64,000 nt of DNA from Octopus sinensis (GCF_006345805.1 NC_043003.1:10168001-10232000), one strand, 5' to 3'. Positions 1 through 12,545 are shown, counted from the first letter of the stretch. Program-made: numbers and translations. The notes: generated by a model not told the origin, from the sequence alone.

Positions 1-20
1 CATATATATATACATATATA

Positions 21-170
21 CGACGGGCTTCTTTCATTTTCAGTCAACCAAATCAACTCACAAGGCTTTGGTCGGCCCGAAGCTATAGTAGAAAACACTT
101 GCCCAAGGTGCCACGCAGTGGGACTGAACCCAGAAATATGTGCTACTTACCACACAGCCACTCTTGCGCC
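21..170 (-). mobile_element. tRNA-derived SINE family A, 5' half
   Basis: Reverse complement matches the head of the full copy at 3104-3521 (GCAAGAGTGGCTGTGTGGTAAGTAGC...GGGTTCAGTCCCACTGCGTGGCACCTTGGGCAAGTG...GAAAGAAGCCCGTCG). Confidence 0.85.
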
Positions 171-859
171 AATTGAATTTTATCTAAATTGTATTTTTCA
201 AAATGAAATATCTCATTGTTCATTTCAATGTTTGATATATCAGTGATTTTGAAGTGTCGTCTGTGGTTTCACAAACAAAGCATTAATATCATGCTATATT
301 CACAATAATCGTTGGCCTTTTTCATTGTTGAACGACGATATTACCGAAACATTGGCGTAGCGCCCTCTGCAATGACTAAGCTGTTTTCAGAAGTAAGTCT
401 CTTACCCCGAGTACGCTTACCACCTCTCCATACACGGGTATACCACGAAGGAAACACAAGTCAATAAGTTCGCATTATCCACGGAGACGCAGAAGATCTT
501 CATTAAGTATAACTGTACATATATACCTTAGGGTTCCATTCATCGGATTTTCGGTAACTCCCTTAGACGTTTTCGATCGCTAAGTGATTCCAAAAGGCAA
601 CCTGAGGTTGTTATTATAATGGATATCATTAATGCAAAAACAAGTCCCGCTCTGTCGTCTTCTAGGCTTGGACTGATACAACAAGAGCCATGAGACCTGA
701 TTCACAATAATATTTATAATACTGCCGCCAATGTTGACTTTACGTCTCATCTTCTCAGGGTCGATGACATAAGTACCAGTTTTCCTTCCCCTAACAAAGG
801 TTGGCCCTGTGCCAACATTTGAAACCAGTATTATAAATACTGGTTTCCAATTTTGGCAC

Positions 860-1266
860 CAGGCCAGCACTTTCAGGAAAGGGGATAAATCGATAACATC
901 GACCTCAGTACTCAACTGGTACTTATTTTATCGCTCCCAGAAGGATGAAAGGCAAAAAGTGGACTTCGGCTGGATTTGAAATCAGGACGTAAAGACGTAC
1001 GAAATGCCGCATTTTACTTCGACAGATTATCGATTCTTATTTCTTTATTGCCCACAAGGGGATAAACACAGAGGGGACAAACAAGGAAAGACAAACGGAT
1101 TAAGTCGATTATATCGACCCCAGTGCATAACTGGTACTTAATTTATCGACCCCGAAAAGATGAAAGGCAAAGTCGACCTCGGCGGAATTTGAACTCAGAA
1201 CGTAACGGCAGACGAAATACGGCTACGCATTTCGCCCGGCGTGCTAACGGTTCTGCCAGTTCCCCT
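860..1266 (-). mobile_element. Two adjacent tRNA-derived SINE family B copies
   Basis: Both contain the reverse complement of GAGTTCAAATTCCGCCGAGGTCGACTTTGCCTTTCATCCTTTCGGGGTCGATAAATTAAGTACCAG, seen again at 10721-10950 and 35672-36293. Confidence 0.85.
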
Positions 1267-1328
1267 CCTCAATAGTATAAATAATATCGCTAGCTTAAAA
1301 TTTATAAAATAAATTTATAAACCTTTAT

Positions 1329-1550
1329 ATGAAGCTGGATCTCTTCCTGTCAGGTGTCCCAGATGAACCAACTTCACGGCAGGAGGGGCAGATGAGGGCA
1401 GCTGCATCGAACTCTCTCATGCACCAAATAGCAGCTGCTAGAAAGCCTTCATGAAGTGAAACCAAGTAGCAACACCAAATGGCGGTGCCCCAGCATGGCC
1501 ACAGCTCATAAGCTGAAACTGGAAAAATCAAAATCAAATCAAAAATCAAA
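1329..1550 (+). mobile_element. 3' end of a CR1/L2-type LINE (ORF2 C-terminus, 3' UTR, ATCAAA-like tail)
   Basis: My translation from 1329 is MKLDLFLSGVPDEPTSRQEGQMRAAASNSLMHQIAAARKPS*. It resembles the LDxFLxxVPDEP...RAAxSNSL C-terminus of invertebrate CR1-group ORF2. It is followed by a short hairpin and tandem ATCAAA units. Confidence 0.7.
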
Positions 1551-2109
1551 ACCATGACTAGTGATAAGGTCATGGTGACAAAATATTTATACAGAATAAT
1601 TTAATCTAACCAGTCTTCTAGCTGTTATTATAATTAGAAAAGACAGTGACATTAAACTCATTCTGATGCCATTATGAAACAAAAGAAAATCTTTCGATAA
1701 AAAAGTCCTTGACACATGTTTCACGTTTTCTTGGAGACATTTATTTATCAGATGTCACTTATACGACTGCTAATAAATTGCAGAGACATCCGAATAATTT
1801 TCTTTATGTTATCTTCCTTGATGCTCTTCTTTATATTGTTGTTGATCTTTTGCTGTGTTTTTTTTTCCCTTCTCCTCCTCCTCCTTCTTACCGCTGATGT
1901 TATTGTTGCAGCAGATGCAGCAGCTTTTCAGGTATTTTTTTATTGTAATTGTTTTACGGTTTGTATTTTTGAAAAAATTGTAAAAAAGGAAGAGCAAACG
2001 ATTCGTATCATTGCGGTTAGCGAAGAACCATGTTCTCATTTGTTTCTGCCTTTTATTAGTTGTTTTTGTTGCGTTTCTGAATTGATTACTGCTACTGTTG
2101 CTGCTGCTC

Positions 2110-2218
2110 ATAATGACGATGATGATGATGATGATGATGATGATGACGACGACGACGACGGTGGTGTGGTGGTGGTTGGTGGTGGTGGTGGTGGTGGTGG
2201 TGGTGGTGGTTGTGGTGG

Positions 2219-2275
<57 letters not shown>

Positions 2276-2320
2276 CGGTGCTGGCGGTGGTGGTGATGAT
2301 GATGACGATGAGATGGAGAG
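2110..2320. repeat. Compound (GAT)n/(GAC)n/(GGT)n microsatellite
   Basis: Directly visible; explains the poly-D/G/M/V/I ORFs at 1716-2408, 1809-2324 and 2098-2337. Confidence 0.95.
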
Positions 2321-2561
2321 ACAACGGAATATGTTGACGACAGAGCTGATATTTCTCTCAGAATTTATGATTTGTTATAGTTGTTGTCGTTGTTATTGTT
2401 GTCATTGAAGGTTACAATAATTATAATGATGTTGGCGATGATGATGATGATAAGGATGTTGATAGTGTCATATGGTTTCTTACAATGCATTTCTTGAGTT
2501 CCCCCTTATATTCTTTTTTCTTGTGTAGTAAGTGGATTTAGTTTTATCATAATATCCCTAA

Positions 2562-2596
<35 letters not shown>

Positions 2597-2950
2597 TATG
2601 TGTGTGTGTACATGTATATCCGTTTCTTCGCACGAGAGAGATTTTACTTTTAATAAAGATAGAATTCCGTCGTCACTGGGAATGCCGCCTCGGGCTCCTA
2701 GTATTAACTACGCAGAACAGTTTCAAACAAGTAGCAATTGTTATAATAGGAGGAGACGATATGGAAAATTGAAGTGCATCGAAAATAGCAACTTGACTTG
2801 CGACATCTGTTGCTTTAACAAAATAAGAAATGCACGAAAAGTTGACGTAAATAATGAGATGTGCTTCGAACAGGGAAGCAGACCACCATAAATGAGATAG
2901 TCATTAATATAGCATAAAATGGCGGTGTTTAAAATGAAAGCTAACAACAT

Positions 2951-3271
2951 GAAAAATACTTCTGTGCATTGCTTCGCTTCCTTAGTCTTACTAATCTACC
3001 TCAATGATTTTACGATTCTAGTAGATTTAAATCTGCATACCCACTTCGCCTAAAACTTCATAATTATACAACCGTGTACAAAAATAATTATATTTCATAT
3101 ATTGCAGGAGTGGCTGTGTGGTAAGTAGATTGCTAACCAACCACATGGTTCCGGGTTCAGTCCCACTGCGTGGCATCTTGGGCAAGTGTCTTCTGCTATA
3201 GCCCCGGGCCGACCAATGTCTTGTGAGTGGATTTGGTAAACGGAAACTGAAAGAAGCCAGTCGTATATATG

Positions 3272-3302
<31 letters not shown>

Positions 3303-3680
3303 TTGTGTGTCTGTGTTTGTCCCCCTAGCATTGCTTGACAACTGATGCTGGTGTGTTCATGTCCCCGTTACTTAGCGGTTCGGCAAAAGGGACCGATAGA
3401 ATAAGTACTGGGCTTACAAAAGAATAAGTCCCGGGGTCGAGTTGCTCGATTAAAGGCGGTGCTCCAGCATGGCCGCAGTCAAATGACTGAAACAAGTAAA
3501 AGAGTAAAAGAGAGTAAAAGAGCAGGAAAAATACTTCTGTGCATTGCTTCACTACCCTAGTCTTACTAATCTACCTCAATGATTTTACGATTCTAGTAGA
3601 TTCAAATCTGCATACCCACTTCGCCTAAAACTTCATAATTATACAACGGTGTACAAAAATAATTATATTTCATATATTGC
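2951..3680 (+). repeat. 155-bp direct duplication (2951-3105 / 3526-3680) flanking a SINE
   Basis: GAAAAATACTTCTGTGCATTGC...TTTCATATATTGC occurs on both sides of the SINE with about 5 substitutions. Confidence 0.95.
3104..3521 (+). mobile_element. Full-length tRNA-derived SINE family A
   Basis: Pol III A-box-like TGGCTGTGTGG and B-box-like GGTTCAGTCC, internal (TA)n(TG)n, 3' GGCGGTGCTCCAGCATGGCCGCAGTCAAATGACTGAAACAAG and (TAAAAGAG)n tail; many homologous copies in the window. Confidence 0.9.
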
Positions 3681-6489
3681 GTAAAAGTACGCATTAATCA
3701 TATCCATAGCATCAACTGTTTAGAGCGTAAGCCGATTAAATAAAAGCTAACAGCATGAAATATATTTGTACAGTCGCTTTAATTCGCATAAATCGTGCCA
3801 CCTATTTTATCATTCTAACAAAAGTATTTAAAACTCCTCCAGACACCGTTTTGAGGAAATGCTTCATTGTACATGCAAAGCATCCTGGTATGTAGTCAAT
3901 ACAGATAACACAGAATATCATAAAATAGCCTCACGATTAATTAATGCACTCGTTATAACCTGCGCTTGTGTATCTCACTGGAACAAGCCCTATTTATAGC
4001 TCACACTTCGAAATATAAGTGATAGACCTTGAAATTCCCAGAAGCTCAAGAAACAGTCCATATTTGAGTACGAATCCATATTGTTACTATGTAAGGTTGT
4101 AAAGGTAATGCTTTCAAGCCGTGTCAAATGAAGCAGATAAATTAACGTCACTGAATGCTTTGTGTGAAAACAGAAAGACAAAGTTATGAAAATTCATGTT
4201 TTGAAATTAGCGGAATAATTTTTATAACTTTTTGAAAGGATATGTTTTTATGGAATATTTCTAGCGATGCAAAAATCAGGGTAATTCATAAAAGCTTTGC
4301 AAAGATATTGTGTAAAGTAATCAAATGACTTTGAAGAGATATTTAAAGTCGATTTTAGCGAAGTAATATCACAAATAGAGCATCAATTTCCTTCATATTT
4401 TAGCCAAATATAAACCAATCAGAGACGCCTCTTTCAGTATTAGTCGCTGATTTCCAATGTCCAGTTTTTTTTAATAATCAAATACAAACTTCAGAGCCAA
4501 AGAATAATGCAAAATTCATAGACTGTTACAACAATAATCATTCACCACTAAAAATATGATAATTAAAATAAATTGATTGCACTCAATGTACTTCAGTTTG
4601 ATTGTTAAAGTAATTATTTGTGGTTATAAGATCAAAAATAATTTGATGGTGATCAACAAAACTCGTTTAATTCATGTAATGTATTTTGTACACTTTATAC
4701 ATTTTATTTTATACTTTGTAATTGTTACCCACTACTCAGAGATTGTCATTCATCCTTCGGCAATCAATACACGATGCATTGATCGCATATATAGTATATA
4801 TTATATGGGTTGTTCAATTGACTGCACTCTTTTTCAATAAAACTACATGACTCACGAATTTTCAAGTGAAATTATATCTGCAGACGGACTAGCTGTCAAT
4901 ATATCACTGAAAAGAGAGAATGCAATAATGATAGATAATATAGAGTTTCGTTAAATGATGACGATGGTTAAGTATTGAATAAGTTGCAGAATATAGCGAT
5001 CACAATGCATACTGCTGAGATGACTGCAAATAGAATTTTTGATAAATGTTTATTAATGGTGTAGAACTTTTCTGAGCTGTTGAAAAAGGTAAAACTATTT
5101 TAGAAAAGACAATTGAATGCTGGGTATTGTTAGTGCGTTGTCGAAGACTATTTGAGAATCGGTGGAGCGGTGGGTGGAAAATCTGCGGAGATGCATGAAG
5201 ATTACTAGGATATAATGAGGGGTTTGTTGGAAAGCACTGGGTGTAAAGAAAATATCAAAAATTAAACATAACTTAATCTACCCAGGAATAAAGTGGAAGC
5301 AAATGCTAGGGGTTCCGAGAGTATTTTTAATTGAATCAATATCGAAAATAATTCAATAAAAAGCCAAACAATTGTTTTCACTTTAATTTTATTTTTATCT
5401 TTTATTTGTCCGTGTTTGTATTTGTAGGTTTGTATTTAGAACTTGTATGTTTGTTCATCAATTCCTCTTTGTTTTTTTTTACACAAAACATATTTAGGAT
5501 AACGAATGCAGTTTACGCACAGCGGTAGCTGATTCCATAACAAATTATACACTTAGCGAATTATGAATCTGCCTTTCTTTTATTTTGTTACTGACTAATT
5601 CCGGATCTGAATTTATTCAATAGGCAGAAATATGGGTAGTTTTCTTATTAATTTTTAATGGATTTTTATTTTAGATTTCAGCTAATATTATTGATATTTT
5701 GTTTCAAACGTCTGTTCATGGCAATTAGTTTTCCTAGCCGTCGAATTATTTTCTAATAGATCTATGCAAACAGACGCATTAACGTCAAACATATTTTAGT
5801 CGTTACACGTATTTGAGGATAACTGTAATACTCAGAGTATTACATGTAAGATTCTTGGATTTATTTCTATGCTTGTGATGTACTTTGTACAAGGTCTTGT
5901 TTCTTTAATGCATGTACTTTCAATTTGAATCCTGAACAATAAATTCGTTTTCTGGTTTTGTACGTCAAATAACAGTAAAATGGTTACAAATCAAAGTCTA
6001 AGTTTTCAAGTAAGTCTCTTCACTTTCCTTCCTATTTCGTAGTGATTTCACTATTGATATCGAACAAGGATTTCGCGTGATTCATTTAGCTATCATCATT
6101 TTATGATATTCGAAAATAAACAAAAAAAAGCATCTACACAGAACAAAGCATTAAAAAATTTTAGAGAACAATTACTCGCCAACTTCAATACGATTGCTGT
6201 CAGAATTTCATAAGTTTTGTGTAAGATAGCTTTCTACAATTTCCTTTTAATTCGTAGTTATGTTTCAACCTCTGATCTAATTCACAAATTATTGCATTAT
6301 TCATATGGATGAAATTGCCTATGAAGACAATAGTTGCTGGAAAAACAATAACACAATGCCACCGTGTAATCGAACGAATAGATCAAAAAGCTAAACTATA
6401 GTTGAAATCGTTAAAGTTCTCTTCGGATAATACTATTTCTCCCATAACCATAGTTTAGACTGTTAATGTCCTTACAATTCTCTTTGTAG

Positions 6490-6617
6490 ATTTCTTTGTT
6501 TCTGTTCGGAGATTTAATAATGGATTTGGTTTTGGTTGTATTAAAATTTGTCCGTATAGTTATGGTCATGTTTATACATGTAATTGTGACTGTGTTCAAG
6601 GTCATTGTTGCATTTAA
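6490..6617 (+). CDS. Candidate terminal exon encoding a Cys-rich peptide (defensin-like or EGF-like)
   Basis: Acceptor TTCTCTTTGTAG at 6489, then phase-1 frame (x)FFVSVRR-FNNGFGFGCIKICPYSYGHVYTCNCDCVQGHCCI*, with strong T bias at third codon positions and AT-rich sequence after the stop. No upstream exon identified. Confidence 0.4.
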
Positions 6618-6902
6618 ATTTATGAATAATGTTTAATTTTACATCATAATTAGGTGTACATTATTAATGTCGTGGTTTTGTACAATTCAATTTTTCACAC
6701 TGAAATCCCGTGATGTATTCATGATTTTCTATTCAAGTCCATTAATGTCTTCCTTCTAAGGATGTTTATAATATTAAATTTATCCTGTCATTGATATTCT
6801 CATTGCAACAGAGCTATATATTTCAAATTCATTTAAGGTTCAAATCCGATAAATTTCCAGCAATTTTCTTAGTGAAATTGTACGTTGATAAGAATTGCTA
6901 CT

Positions 6903-7127
6903 GTTTTACTCTTTTGTTTCAGTCATTTGATAGTGGCCATGCTGGAGCACCGCCTTTAATCGGGCAAATCTATCCCAGAGCTCATTTTTTGTAAGCCTAG
7001 TACTTATTCTATCGGTGTCTTTTGCCGAACCGCTAAGTTACAGGGACTTAACACACCAGCTTCGGTTGTCAAGTCAAGCGATGTTGGGAAGACAAACACA
7101 GACACAGAAACGTATACACACACACAC

Positions 7128-7188
<61 letters not shown>

Positions 7189-7367
7189 ATATAATATATA
7201 TATATATATGACAGGCTTCTTTCAGTTCCCGTCTGCCAAATCTACTCACAAGGGTTTGGTCGGCCGGAGGCTATAGTAGAAGATACTTGTCCAAGGTGCA
7301 ACACAGTGCGACTGAGCCAGGAACCATGTGGTTGGTAAGCTACTTACCACACAACCACTCCAATGCC
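6903..7367 (-). mobile_element. Full-length SINE family A
   Basis: Reverse complement of the 3104-3521 element with an internal CA/ATAC/AT microsatellite. Confidence 0.9.
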
Positions 7368-7479
7368 TAGTCAATAAAAGCAATCAATATCTATATTTTG
7401 GAAACTTTTCCCTCAACCTCTGAACTCATAATACCGGTTACTTTGTTTCCTTAGCGTATAAGTGAACGGGATCACAACG

Positions 7480-7710
7480 TTCCCCTGAAAGGGGTGCCAG
7501 TCCGTTGCGGGATTCATAGACAGAAATTCTGAGGGATGGGTTAATTGATTACATCGACCCCAATACTTGACTGGTATTTTATTTTATCGACGTCGAAGGT
7601 TTGAAAAACAAAGTAGATTTTGGTGTTATTTGAATTCAGAAAGTGAAAAGCTGGGAGAAACGCCGCTAAGCCATTTGTCCAAACGTGCTAACAAGTATAT
7701 CAGCTCGTTA
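7480..7710 (-). mobile_element. Diverged SINE family B
   Basis: ATCGACCCCAATACTTGACTGGTATTT...TTTGAATTCAGAAA...GCCGCTAAGC pattern. Confidence 0.65.
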
Positions 7711-9704
7711 CTTTCTTAAGCTGCAAAATCACAAAACTTTACAGTTAGCATTCCTAAACCAAGAAATGTAATTTATATACGTTAGGGAAGTCGAATGATG
7801 CATATATCTTTTGCGAACCATTCTAGACTGTTGTGATTAATGTGATTGATACCAAGCGAAAATTAACATCCGTCTGCAAGAAAAAAAAAACCGTGAACAG
7901 AATGATATCGAGGAAGCTGGTGTCTCAAATTACAGCAGTGCGGTTGACTACAATAAAAGGAGCCGAAGACCAGATTATGTGTATTAATAAAATATCATGC
8001 GACAACAATTTATTGAGAAAGTTCAAAATTTGAAGATATGCTAATAAGGATTAGTATTGTACTAAATAAGATTTGCATAGCTGTCGTAAATTATTACAAA
8101 AGATATTTCCGGAAACAGAGTTATTAAGAAGATATTCTTTAGCGATTATTTCGTTTCATTATCATGAATCTTAATCGCTATATTTAAAACGGATATTGTT
8201 TAAACAGGCATATTTATTTAAATAAGATTCATTTAAAAACAAATACAACTTTCAGACCGTATTTTCGAGACAGTGTAATGCGCTTCCTTTCCTATTTATT
8301 TCCGTTGCAGTAATCTTTTATTAGAAAACTTTAAATGTTTTTACTTAATCGGCTTACGGTCTAAACAGTTGACGCTCTGAATATGATTAATGCGTAATTT
8401 TATGCAATATACGAAATATAATTATTTTTGTACACAGTTGTATATTTATGAAGATTTAGGCGAAGAGGCTATGCAGATTTAAATGTACTAGAATCGTAAA
8501 ATCGTTGAGGTAGATTAGTAAGACTAGGGAAGCGAAGCAATGCACAGAAGACGAGTAACCAGCCTGAGAAGTATATGTTTTAACTAAGCGTGAAAACTAG
8601 GTAAGAGGTTGAATTTTTTCGTCTACTCCAGACAAAACATGACGACAATTGTTTCTTTTATCAAGACGAAATATTGTACTTACAGAAAATTCGGAAAAGA
8701 AGATTGTTATATTCACACCTTCACCGGGTTTATTAGCGACGCAAATAAACGCTTGCGGTTGCTGTGTTATAACCAAATTGTAAATGGTTGCTAGATTACA
8801 ATTATACCACAGCCGACACCACAATTAAAAGTGTAATGAATTAAGCATGAACATGTTAAGCAAATCGAATCAACATTCTTTTTTTTTTTTTGTATGCAAC
8901 AGAATCGTTAGTACGCAGGATAAAATGCTTAGCGGCATTTTGTTGATCTTTATGTCCTAAGTTCAAATTTCTTCGGGATCGATTTTGCCTTTCATTATTT
9001 CAGAGTCAATAATAGAAAGTACCAATTAAGCACTATTCATTGTCCAAGTCCTCTCGGAGAAAAATTACAGGCTTTGTGTCTATTGTAGAGAAAATGTTTT
9101 ATACAAGAATGATTGGCCCTTACATAACTGCAAAGCATCCTTAGCATTAAATGTAGCTGACATGTTTATCATCGTTCGAAGTCGATGTAAACACTTCAGA
9201 AAAACTACACAAAGTATTAAATATAGGAATCCATCAAAATTCATGAGAAGCCATGGAAGGCCAACACGTCAAAGTTTCTTGTGTTAGCGTATCATAACAA
9301 GTTGAAACTTAGAATATGTCTAAATTGATCCTTTGGTATTTCTAATCAAAATATGACAACCGAACCCTCACCAGATTTAGGGGTTAATTCATTTTATAAA
9401 TACGTTTCTATTAGAAACGGAATAAACATCGCAGAACGCGTATTATACGCTGAACCGCGATACAAAATCATATTTCCTTGATAATCTTATAATGACATTT
9501 CTCGTTGTTTTTCGCCCCTAAGTTATAGGTTGCCAGTGTTTTCTATTTCAATCGTCCGTAACATATCTACTCTGACAGAACTGTCACGGCTAATTAACAA
9601 GTAGTAACATAAAAGCTATTTGAAAACATTTACGTTTTCTTTGAGCAAAATACATAATTATAGAGGCGGGCTTTCTTATTTTTGATATCTATATTATTAC
9701 TTAC

Positions 9705-9714
9705 CGGAGCAACA
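9705..9714 (-). other. Candidate 10-nt micro-exon TGTTGCTCCG
   Basis: Minus strand reads TTTCATTTCCTTTTTATACGAATTTCTGTTTCAG|TGTTGCTCCG|GTAAGT: long pyrimidine tract, AG, and a consensus donor. Confidence 0.3.
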
Positions 9715-9974
9715 CTGAAACAGAAATTCGTATAAAAAGGAAATGAAATACATATTCTGTACTAAAGTGTAAAACCTGACTTAGAGAAAGTTCGAGCTGA
9801 CGCTGAGGTGTAAGATTGAGGCAGACAGAAAGCAGAAGCTTCGAAATAGGTAAATTTCTTCAAGAGTCTAGATGTACGAGTGAAGAGCTGAGTAAAGTAT
9901 AACTGGCGGAGTATGGCTTAAGATGTCTTTTTGTGAAGTGGCGTAAAGTTTAACTTTCATTCTTCCGAATGTAT

Positions 9975-10430
9975 GAGGGGTAGGCATGGTTGTGTGGTTA
10001 GGAATCTCGCTTTGCACCCACATAGTTGTAGGTTCATTCCTACTGCGTGGCACTGTGGGCTTGTGTCGTCTTCTGCTATAGACCTGTCCTGACCAATGCT
10101 TTGTGAGTGAATGAGAAACTGTGTGGAAATTCGTATGTATATATGTACGTATGTATTATGTATGTATGTATGTATGTATGTATGTATGTATGTATGTATG
10201 TATGTATGTATGTATGTATGTATGTATGTATGTAGTATGTATGTATGTATGTATGTGTGTGTGTGTGTGCGTGTGTGTGTGTGCGTGTCTGTAGTATTTC
10301 ACCCCAACCCATTGCTTGACAATCGATGTTGGTCTGTTTATGCACCCGCAATATGACGGTTCGGTAAAGAAGCTGATGAAATAAATACCTGTCTTTTAAA
10401 ACATAATCACTGGCGTCCATCTGTTCGAGC
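9975..10430 (+). mobile_element. Diverged SINE family A
   Basis: Same head/body order as 3104-3521 with an internal (TATG)n(TG)n. Confidence 0.8.
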
Positions 10431-10720
10431 AAACCATTTCCAGCCTAATGCTTGAGACAAGTTGAAAATCACAAGCACAAGCGATGATTATATTTATAAT
10501 CGATCCTCCAACAAATGGAAAGTATAGTGTCGATTACATAAATTCACATTTTTACTTCACAATATACATTACATCTTCTGTTAGCGGCCATGCTGGGGCA
10601 CCACCTTTAAAGGTAATAGTGATACAAACTGATCCTTGTACATATAGTTTTAAGTCTATCGATATCTTAGACTGAAATACTTACGTCATCAGTTATCAGG
10701 TGGTATAGGTAGGTGAGAAG

Positions 10721-10950
10721 ACGGCGAACTGGCAGAATCGTTAGTACTCCAGGCAAAATGCTTTGCGGTATTTCGTCTGCCGCTACGTTCTGAGTTCAAA
10801 TTCCGCCGAGGTCGACTTTACCTTTCATCCTTTCGGGGTCGATAAATTAAGTACCATTTACGCACTGGGGTCGATGTAATCGACTTAATACTTATGTCTG
10901 TCCTTGTTTGTCCTCTCTGTATTTAGCCCCTTGTGGGTAGTAAAGAAATA
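10721..10950 (+). mobile_element. Full-length SINE family B
   Basis: GGCGAACTGGCAGAATCGTTAG...GAGTTCAAATTCCGCCGAGG...TGTGGGTAGTAAAGAAATAG; flanked on both sides by GGTATAGGTAGGTGAGAA (probable TSD). Confidence 0.9.
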
Positions 10951-12107
10951 GGTATAGGTAGGTGAGAAACATAAACACAAAATCATACACTGATAAGTAT
11001 ATATGCAGCCTACCAAATTCCTACCTTACCGAATGAATATTCCAGTCATTTTATCTTAACTTCGATTTTTTGGCAGTTTCCCAAGAATATTCTCAAGAAG
11101 TATAGCGAGGTGAAAACACATACAAAGACACAAATGTATGCATTTATACAGCAGGCTTTCACACAGTTTCCGTCTACATTCACACGTAAAGCATTGGTCG
11201 GTCCAGGGCTATTGTAGCAGATTCTTGGTGCAACAAAGTGGTACTGAACCAGAAACCATTTGGCTGCAAACCGATCCTCTTAACCACACGGGCATATCTG
11301 CGCCTACGTCTGCGTACATTTCGTTTTTGTGTTTCCTTCCAATATAGTTTTTCACAATATGAAGGTCAATCCAAACAGCCAGAAAAAGTTGGTATTTTGA
11401 TCAAAATCACTTGCTATTTTAGAATTATACTATTAACATAATAATATCGTAAAATAGCATTTTAATAAAAGAAAATTTTTCTTTCAATATTAGCGCCAGA
11501 GGATGTCATTTCGGTATTCTTCGCTTTTACAGTAAACAGTTATTAGAATTAGAAAAATCCGTCACGTAAGCAGGGTCAAAATATTGTTAAGATGGAAGAA
11601 AAAATGTGTATTCACAGCATGAATGTTTCCTCCAATATTATTTGTTCCGTGCTCTTATTTAATGGAAGTTAAAACGAACATCGGAAGAACGGCTTCTGTG
11701 AAAAAAGAAACAAAAATAGTTACTACTTCAAACACCTGACAATATATTATGGGGAAAAATAAATAATGTATTTTGGTGAAAACAAATTTAAAAGTATCTT
11801 AGTTATAGTATTTTATTAGTCTAACAGGAAAATTAATACATTTTAATTTTTCATTTGTGTATCAATACATGAATGAATAAGAGGTTATTTTTTAATTGAA
11901 ATCATTGTTTTCACAACGGTGCTGCGGTTATTCTTTGATAAAAATCAGGGAAGATAACTCTGACAAAAACATCTTAGAGATGAGTGAATACATTCATTCG
12001 TGTAAAGGAACTCAAATTGCTGGAAATAGCAGCAAAATTTCCTTTAAATCACATCCTCTTGTCTTAGATAATAATTATAAAAATGACGTTGAATAATTTA
12101 TTTGTAC

Positions 12108-12545
12108 AGGCGCAGGAAAGGCCATGTGGTTAATGAAAACATGGCTTCACGTCTAGTCCTACCAACAGAACGCTAGGTAAGTGTCTTCAAACATAGCTCC
12201 GCGCCAACGAATGCCCTGTGAAGCCCGTTTTGTGTTTATATATGTATATACATTCATTCACACACACACACAAACATAGATATGAATGTATGATTGTCTT
12301 TATATATTTGTGCGTGTTGTCTTCTCTGTATTTGTCCAACACAAACCCCTTGGGACCCAGCGTTGGTTTGCTTATGCCCTGATAGCGTAGCGGTTCGGCA
12401 AAAGAAAGCGAATAAACAAGCACCTGAGTACTGTATACAATAATTTCATTATATTAAGCACCAGGCTTCAAATAAGCATTGCAGTGAATTTCTTCGACCG
12501 AAACCCTGCAAAGCAGTGCCCCAGCATGACCGCGGTACCGAATAA
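12108..12545 (+). mobile_element. Highly diverged SINE family A
   Basis: GGCGCAGGAAAGGCCATGTGG head, TAGCGGTTCGGCAAAAG body and GCAGTGCCCCAGCATGACC tail. Confidence 0.65.

Larger units (their letters stand above)
3534..8550. repeat. ~205-bp inverted repeat pair (3534-3739 / 8345-8550)
   Basis: 8345-8550 is the reverse complement of CTTCTGTGCATTGCTTC...CGTAAGCCGATTAA with scattered substitutions. Confidence 0.9.

Noticed and set aside
1716-2408. 230-aa ORF with hydrophobic N-terminus and poly-D/G
   Set aside because: Built from CCT/GAT/GGT simple repeats, with overlapping frames open on both strands; no domain recognised.
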